The notes beneath the pieces were generated by a model. The model made no database searches. It was not told the origin of the DNA and saw only the letters and a program-made list of their open reading frames with translations. This document shows positions 55,357 to 64,000 of a stretch of DNA of 64,000 nt, piece by piece (within the stretch, counting starts at the first letter, position 1; each line of letters opens with the position of its first letter). The stretch spans positions 111,602,001-111,666,000 of the forward strand of contig NC_058373.1 in NCBI RefSeq assembly GCF_018350175.1, in the 5' to 3' direction. Source of the stretch: Felis catus (lineage: Eukaryota). Position numbers and translations under genes: made by a program.

Positions 55357-56075
55357 AAAGTTGCTGGCTTATCCCATTTTAGGTTGTTCTTGTCATTGCA
55401 TTATAAAATTGATAGAACAGCAGTATCATTAATGATATATAGAAGTTGGATTCTGAAATTAATCATCATCTACAAAAATTAGCATCTAATCTCTATTCTA
55501 ATTTTAATTTAATGTCCAGATAAACAATCAACATAAATTTTATTGTTATCATCATTGAAAACATAATAGATAATTTGGCCAAGAAAAAAAAAAGACTTTA
55601 GAATTACCATTTTTTTTTCTTTAAAAGATATAACTGCTTGGCTTATAATTGTAATCTTTAGGTATCTCTAGAGTCATGGTGCTCTGTCATGAAATTAATG
55701 AAAGAGCCATTTGCTATAATGACAATCTGGAAGTTTTGAGAATACTTTATTGTCTGGTTCAAAAACAAAAATGATGACAGAAAGCAGAACTTTGCCTAGC
55801 TGGCTGTGTTCACTAGCAATATGGTTATTCTCTGATTAGATTCTTTGAGTGCTGGGTGCATCCTTACCTGCGGTATGAGGTGTTGAGATGGCAGCATGTT
55901 ATGACAGGGAAAAAAAAAAAGATTATGGACTTGAGAAGCAGACCAACCTAAATGGGAAATTTAGCTCTGTCACTTTTGTGCTAGTACCTTGAGCAAGTTA
56001 CTTAACTGCATCTGTAATACTGCTTTAGAGTTGCGATGAGGATGAAAGCATCCAGAGTGAGTTCTCCAATGGTAA

Positions 56076-56372
<297 letters not shown>

Positions 56373-57119
56373 TAAGAATCTGATTTATTCCTCTCATAAT
56401 GTGATATTGTAGTAGCAGAGATATGTGTACTTTACAATATATTGTGAACTTTATGATATAGTTTAATTTTCAAGCCATACCCTAAAACAGATGTTCCAGA
56501 GTTCACCTTAGGTCATAGGGAGATCATTCTCCCTTTGTTCACTTAGAACAGTTGAGTTGTCATACTTTGTTACCCCCATTCGCTTATTTATTCATTCAAC
56601 AAATATATTAAACCCTTATTTCTGAAATTACCTGTCTCTTCTGAGGAAAACAACAAAATTGTATTTTATTGAGAGTAGTTTGGATACTATACATGACTCC
56701 TATCTTATCCTAACAAGACCATGAGATGAAGCTATCACATTTATAGCTTTTCTATTGTACTTTTTGTTAGGCTTCATTAATTACCACTGATGATTATTTT
56801 GCATTTTTTGGTGTTCTGTTTTCTGGCCTGGAAGCTGTTTTGATAATAAAAATAGTATTTATAATGTAAGATAATGTTAAAATTATTATTTAAAATTATC
56901 TCTTGGCCCACTTGGGACTTACCATGTACATATGCATTCAGCCTCATGCTTATGTTCAAGAAGATATATCAGGAAATCCTACCACCAAGAAGAGTACAAA
57001 GAAGCATCTTTGTGCTTAAGCTTGTGCTCCTCCTATACACATACATAAAAAGTTATGGAAAGAGGAATTTTCCTGGGTCCGGGTGGCAGATTTCATACCA
57101 TGGGTAAATGTTCTTTGCC

Positions 57120-57330
57120 CAATGGAAAGAGTACTGGACTGAGATTTAAGTGACCTAGGTAATATTCCTGGATTTTTTCTAATTCTAGACCAAGTTACTT
57201 AATAATAGTATTGGGCTTTGATTTTTCCATCTGTAAAATAGGGAAGGTAATACCTGCCCTAAAAGTGATGTGATAAGAAGGATAAAAGGAAGGATTTTAG
57301 TTCAGTGGAAAAAATGCACTGTAAAATATT
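57120..57330 (+). mobile_element. MIR relic
   Basis: ggaaagagtactggactgag...caagttacttaa...ccatctgtaaaataggg...taatacctgcc. Confidence 0.7.
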
Positions 57331-57690
57331 ACCTTTCAGAAAGACTAATGCTAAAATCATTTCTAAAAATAGGCTTGTAGGCTAGACTATGACATTCTGT
57401 AGCTTATACTGTTTGTAATAAAGTCAGCTATTGATTAATATTAATATAGGTGTTGATTTGTTCACTTATTTGCAGAACATTTATTGAACACCTGCTACTG
57501 TGGGGACAGAGATTAATTTTTTTTTAATGGCTCCTTCTAGCTTATTACAGTCTGTTGGAAAAGAGACATATACAGCTAACATTATATGGGCAGAATGTGA
57601 TAAATACCCTGAGAGAAGTATAAAAATTATTACGAGAGTTCAGGGAAGGAGGAAAGTCTTCATAGCTTCCGTGTTTAAACAGGATCTTGA

Positions 57691-57918
57691 GGGGCGCCTG
57701 GGTGGCGCAGTCGGTTAAGCGTCCGACTTCAGCCAGGTCACGATCTCGCGGTCCGTGAGTTCGAGCCCCGCGTCGGGCTCTGGGCTGATGGCTCAGAGCC
57801 TGGAGCCTGTTTCCGATTCTGTGTCTCCCTCTCTCTCTGCCCCTCCCCCGTTCATGCTCTGTCTCTCTCTGTCCCAAAAATAAATAAACGTTGAAAAAAA
57901 AAAATTTAAAAAAAAAAA
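57691..57918 (+). mobile_element. Young felid SINE (near-identical subfamily, copy 5) inside an L2-like relic
   Basis: Perfect TSD aaacaggatcttga at 57677-57690 and 57919-57932. CpGs intact. Confidence 0.95.
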
Positions 57919-58545
57919 AAACAGGATCTTGAAAGGTAAAAGAATAGTAATTAAATTACCAAAATACCTTCAACTGCATTGTCTCATTGATCCTATAACA
58001 CAGTCCTATGAAAAGAGTAGAGATAGCAGTCTTATAGGTTAGGAAACTAAAGGGAAGAAAATCTCGGCCCAGAGTTCCAGAGTTAATAAAGGCAAAGCCG
58101 GGACTAAAAACCATCTTAACTTTGCTTGGAAGCTTTCCTGTAGTTTGGCATGGCCTAATTATCCATGGACCATACATCATATTGAGAGTTGGCCAAATAC
58201 AGAAAATTGCAGTACCAGAGACAATTGAGTTATTTGTACATTGAGGTAGTGTGCTGGAATGAAAGAGAAGGGTGCTCGAATTCAAGAATCTGGGGGTCCC
58301 ATCTAACTTCTACTACTAACAAGTTGTGTGACTTTGGGCAGCGTACTTGATCATTCCAGGTCTTCGTTGATTGCCCCTCTTTCCTCATTTGTTTAAAACT
58401 AAAAAAAAAGGTTTCTACTTACATGATACTAAACAATTAGATTTTTGTGTCCACACAACATTCAATCATTTATTCATGATATTTGGTGCTATTGGAAATA
58501 AATAAAATCACATTCCCTGCCCTGAAAGAGCTTGATAATTTGATA

Positions 58546-58876
58546 TAGATGACCCTTGAACAATGCAGGGTTAGGACTGCTGACCCCCACCCCCCATGCA
58601 GTTGAAATTCCATGTATAACTTGACTCCTCCAAAACTTAACTACTAATAGCCTACTGTTGGCTGGAAGCCTTACCAATGACATAAACAGTCAGTTAACAT
58701 ATATTTTGAATGCTATATGTATTATATACTGTATTCTTACAATAAAATAAGCTAGAGAAAAAGTGTTATTAGAAAATCATAAGGAAGACAAAATACATTT
58801 ACAGTACTGTACTGTAAAAGATCTGTGTATAAGCGGACCTGCACAGTTCAAACCCGTGTTGTTGAAGAGTCAACTG
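58546..58876 (-). mobile_element. Tigger2-family (TcMar) non-autonomous DNA transposon
   Basis: TIRs tagatgacccttgaacaa / ttgttgaagagtcaactg, flanked by TA on both sides. The - strand begins cagttgactcttcaacaacacgggtttgaactg. Confidence 0.88.
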
Positions 58877-60564
58877 TAGTGAAAGTCAGGCAAGTACACA
58901 AGGAACTTTTACTTTTGTGAGGACTGGGTTGAAAAGTATGAGAAACCAGCCGCCTCTTGCCTTATGTTGTCTTTTTGTTCATTAATATGTCTTCAGAAGC
59001 ATCAGTTTCCTTAAATGTCTGAAAAACTTACATTAAATTAAAATGATTTCTCATATCCTTCACCGGACTAATATTCTGAGTCTTCCATGGAGACTCCATT
59101 ATGCCCCTCTCAAAATTCTTGATCCAGGCCTAATTTCAGTAGTACTTGGAGACTTGAAAAGATTTCTCAGTAGTACTCTGCCAGTACTTCCTATGCTCCT
59201 CTTCCTTTGATTCTTCCTTCCATTATTAAGCTCTTCTTTGTTTTTATTTTCATTTTCCTATCTCCCACCCAACATCTTCCCTCGTGTCTTAGTCTTCATA
59301 TGTATAGAAGTTACTGACCCTTATTTTAAATGTTAGAGCTAAAGAAAGTACATGATGAAATCAGTATCAAAGAGTGTTTCTTCTTATAAACTTTTCATTG
59401 AAAGTCAGTGGAATTGTTTATCCCTGTGGAGCCCAGTGAACAATTCCAATTTCCTGAGAGAGAAGCAGTGATTAAGAAGGATGTGGGAAGGAAACAATGA
59501 TAGAATACGTGTAAATATAAAGGTGTGCATATCTGGACTGTAGTCTGGAAGGCAGAGGATACCCATGAAGATATCAGATTAGCTGCAGTGAAAACAGATC
59601 TGCCTTCCAGATTGACAATAAAAAGCTGGGCTTAGGCTCGACCTAAGGCCTGCCTATATACCATGGCCTAAAGGGAAACAAATTTACTTTTTTCTTTTTC
59701 CCACATATAAATAGTGGTTTAGTAATTTGGTGAGGGGTGGGGAGGATGCAGGAAGGGCAAATTTAAGGAGAGTTTTAATTTATGAAAGTAAACTATGACC
59801 ATTATTTTCATTGCAATTACTTTGAAAGCACTAAGATGGGAGGAAAATACTGTGAAAGTCAACACAGGACGATGTAAATCTTTGTCCCCAGTTTTACAGT
59901 TTTAGAACTTTTTTACAATAGGACAGATGAGATCAATACCTACTTGTGTTTAACAGCATGAAAAACAGCAAAAGGAAATTCATTATGCATATAACAAAAG
60001 GGGTAGAATGTCTCTATGAACTTAGAATAGTAAGAATTCTTAAAAGGTTTGCCTGCCTTGATTGTGCATTAGGAAGAATTCTTGAAGGTCTGTGTTTTCC
60101 TCAGACAATTTTCAATTCTATAAGCTGGCAGTTATAGTAACTATACAGGGTAAAATGAAGAATGAGAGAAGTTGGCATCAAATGCTGTAAACAATATATT
60201 TAATATTCTGTAATAACAACTGTGAATCTTGGTATCATTTGTTGCCAAAAATCTCAAAAAGTTATATCCAGTTTTTTCTGGGAGGCTGGTAGGTATTTTG
60301 CTGCTTATATGGAGTATAACTCTGGAATCTTCCACTTATTCTACTGTTCTTGGATATGCTAATTACTTTCTTTATAAGAAAGCATTCTTCTAAAGCTTAT
60401 TTTCTAATTCTCCTTGTATTGTGTTAACATGCAAATATATTTAGAATGTATGTGTTTGAATTTTTAAAACATTTTAATTTTTCTAATGGCAAAAATGAAA
60501 AAAAAATTGGTTTAAAATGTCTGTGACGCCACCATAAATAAAGGTATAAAGTTGAGTGGTCTAA

Positions 60565-60810
<246 letters not shown>

Positions 60811-61007
60811 TAAGTTAAATGAACTAGTGATTCTAGACCAGGACTCTTTTTCAGTTGAAAGGAATCCTTAATTCCCATGACTTGCCATTCTTGTTATAAT
60901 ATTATTACTAATTATTGGAGTTTTTTTTTTAATTCAAACAACTGTGTACCTTTGTGACTGTTAATATAATCAAAGAGTATTTGAGGTGCCAGTAAGGTGT
61001 ATATTTC

Positions 61008-61258
61008 ATTCTGAAGCCTCTTCTCTTGGTGTGTAGGCAGCTGCCATCTTGCTGTGTACTCACATGACCTTTCTGTGTGTTTGGAAGAGAGAGCAAGCTT
61101 TCTGGTGTCTCTTCCTGTGGGGGCATTAATTCTGTCATGAGGGCCCCATTCTCATGCACTTTATTTAATCCTAATCATCTCCCAAAGGCCCCATATCCAA
61201 ATACTATCACAGCTCAAACATAGGTATTCTAGGGGGACACAAACATTCAGTCCATAAC
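61008..61258 (-). mobile_element. Partial MLT1-type MaLR LTR
   Basis: ctcccaaaggccccatatccaaatactatcaca...gggggacacaaacattcagtccataac. Confidence 0.8.
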
Positions 61259-61377
61259 TCTAACCAACTCTATAGGACTGATAGCAATAAAACATACCAG
61301 GTGCTTGCCTTTTTGCTCTCACTATCTTCACTAGCGATTAATGGGCAACTGAAACATAGGTAAAATATGTGTGAGTT

Positions 61378-61610
61378 GGGGTACCTGGGTGGCTTAGTCA
61401 GTTGAGCGTCTGACTTCGGCTCAGGTCGTGATCTCGTGGTTTGTGAGTTTGAGCCCCATGTCGGGCTCTGTGCTGACGGCTCGGAGCCTGGATCCTGCTT
61501 TGGATTCTGTGTCTTCCTCTCTCTCTGCCCTTCCCCTTCATATGCTCTGCTCATGCTCTGTCTCTCTCTGTCTCTCAGAAATAAATAAATGTTAAAAAAA
61601 ATTTTTTTTT
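61378..61610 (+). mobile_element. Felid SINE
   Basis: ggggtacctgggtggcttagtcagtt head. Flanking aaatatgtgt(g/a)agt repeats. Confidence 0.9.
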
Positions 61611-62498
61611 AAATATGTGTAAGTGTTCATCTTATAAAAAAATTCTGGATCTTGGAAGTTATATTAAAGAAAAATAAAGAATCAGAAGATAAGTTTTATA
61701 AGTGGAAGAGTAAGAACTGCTAGTATGTATTGAACAGTAAAACAGTAATCTGTCATTTATAGAGCATGCCTATATTTCAGGCACTGTGTTAGGTGCTGGC
61801 GGTTCCATGATAAGCAAGATAACTCTACTCTCAAGGAATTCCCAATCTAGTGGGGGAACAATTACTCATACTCTACAGTATGAATAGTGCTACTATAGGG
61901 TTAACATAGGGGGTTAAGAAAACACATAAACACACTGATCCTAATTGGGAATTTATCATATGATCTAGGTGAACCTAGAATTGGCCTTTACTTATTAATA
62001 AATAAGGGATGCATTAAATATGTGAAAGAAAGGAATGAGGGAGAAGAATCTGTGTTCTTAGCTTTGCTCAGACACTGTTTGCTCCAGAAATCATCCCTGA
62101 ATCCCAAAGTGTCCCTCCTGTCTGCATTGCTCTGACTTGGTGTTTAGCACTTGCTTACCTCTGTCTCCCTCACTGGATTAGAAGTACTTTAGACACAGTA
62201 ACTACCTCTAGTAAGTGCCCAGTAAGTACTGAATTATGTTTATTTCAATTCCATCAGTTTGAAAACATTTTATTAGATGTTAATCACTTAAGCTAGTGAC
62301 TTTTTAATTTATTTGTTCTTTGGTCCATTTCTTATGTCACAAATAGAGGTTGGGGAGAAAAACAAATTTGAAGTGAGGACTATACTGTAGATGTTTATTC
62401 AAAGCATTGGATAATAGTTTAAATCCTATTTCTCCCTCCTAAGAATCTAAACCGGATATAAGTTGCTTTTTCTTTTAAGACTCCCTCTATGAGTATAT

Positions 62499-62503
<5 letters not shown>

Positions 62504-62565
<62 letters not shown>

Positions 62566-62572
62566 CTCACTG
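62504..62572. repeat. Compound (CT)n(CACTCT)n(CACT)n microsatellite
   Basis: Direct reading. Confidence 0.92.
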
Positions 62573-64000
62573 ACATACACAGGACCATGAAATTCATCAG
62601 TCAAGTGTAAGCCAAGTTACATACTTACAGTTAAGGATTAAATGAACATCTGGGCACAAAACACAATACAAAATTTTCACAGATACTTTTCCAGTTTGAT
62701 ATCTAGAAGCAGAGTAGAAATAGTTCACCATGCTCCTTCATTTTAAAATACCAGATTGAATTTGTAGCTTAATTGAAAAAATATTAAAATGTTATCTACT
62801 CTTTTACTTGTTCTTGAAGCATCACAAGCTTTTCCTGGTTTTTTTCCCTTGTTGAGAAAATAATTCATGCTTATTAGACGATATGGAAGTTGGTAACTAT
62901 ACAAACAAGAAAAAATAGCCACAGTCCTATTACTCAGTGGAAACAGCTATTTAAATGTTGATATATTCCCTTTAGTCATTTATATAGTTACCCATTTTAG
63001 TAGTTGATCCTATTCTGTATAATTTGAACTCTTTTTTACTTAATACAGCAATGGATCCATTTTCTCAGGTCACTAAAAAAATAATTATCTTAAATGTCCC
63101 CTTTAATGACCACATACCTGCTGTATGGATGTGCCATTGCTTACTTGCTCATTCTAATATTGGACACTTACGTCATTTCCAGTTTTTTACTCTTATAAAT
63201 AATGCTACAGTGTGTTCCTAAAGTTATCCACATTATTTCCTTAAGCTAGGTTTCAGGCTTTGGAAATATTTAGATAAAAGGATATGGGCATCTTACAACT
63301 TTGATCCATAGTACAGCATGGTATTTTTGTATTAAGCAACCCTTACAGTACAGTTGGCATTAGTAGTTACCACGACTATGGGACTAGTAAAACTTGAATT
63401 TCCTTTTCATGGTCAGCAGCTACTATCTCCTCTGTCTATGGTAGTTCAATAGACAGCTTTCCCATATTCTGTTAGAAATGTTGCAGCAGCATTTTATGCA
63501 CTTTTTTTTTACCTCTTTGCAAGTCCTTTCATTTTAATTTTCTGAGTCATTTTGAAGATCTTCTCAGGAATGTAGATGCTGTTTCTCATTATTTTGCTTC
63601 TGTGTTTTTCTACTCTGAATTAACTCTGCTTTAGACCTGTCAGGATTGGTTTTGAAACCTAAGCAAATCATAAAACCTCTGCCATTGTTTTAGGAGACCA
63701 GAACCATGACTGAATCTCTCATCACAGTATATTGAGTACAGGGTCATTATGATACTTTGTGCTTCAAGAGGGTAAAGAACTGAGAATGATGGTTAAATGA
63801 TACATAGAATTCACACAGTCAGAGGAGAATCTATTTTCTGGGTAGCTTATCTTTTGTAAAAGCGGTCAAGGTTAGCTTTATATGTGTGGCTTCTGTGTGA
63901 AACTGAGCAGTTAATGTCTTGCTGCTTGGTATCATACCTCAGGTTTCTCTAGGTTAAGACTGAGTTCATCCATGAGATTTTGGCACCCGCATCCCACTGA

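Overview
Mammalian (felid-like) genomic DNA lying entirely inside the FUT8 gene (alpha-1,6-fucosyltransferase, + strand). Three internal coding exons are present: 15362-15599, 56125-56371 and 60633-60809. They have canonical AG/GT boundaries and compatible phases (0/1, 1/2, 2/2). Spliced, they give an uninterrupted peptide from about N200 to K420 in human numbering, including the catalytic [12 protein letters not shown] and ATDD motifs. The introns between them are 40,525 bp and 4,261 bp. The rest of the window is AT-rich intron filled with transposable elements: about 17 tRNA-derived carnivore SINEs (five from a near-identical young subfamily with intact TSDs), several young antisense L1 3' ends (one keeping a stop-free ORF2 C-terminal domain), two large old L1M elements with nested insertions, MER58/MER5/Tigger2-type DNA transposons, MLT1/LTR33-type LTRs, MIR/L2 relics and microsatellites. 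The felid assignment and all repeat subfamily names come from recalled consensus features, not a database search. I found no convincing new protein-coding system. The best leads are RNA-processing or repair features: an inverted near-identical SINE pair bracketing a FUT8 exon, a UG-repeat poison-exon candidate of TDP-43 type, and a templated insertion inside a microsatellite.
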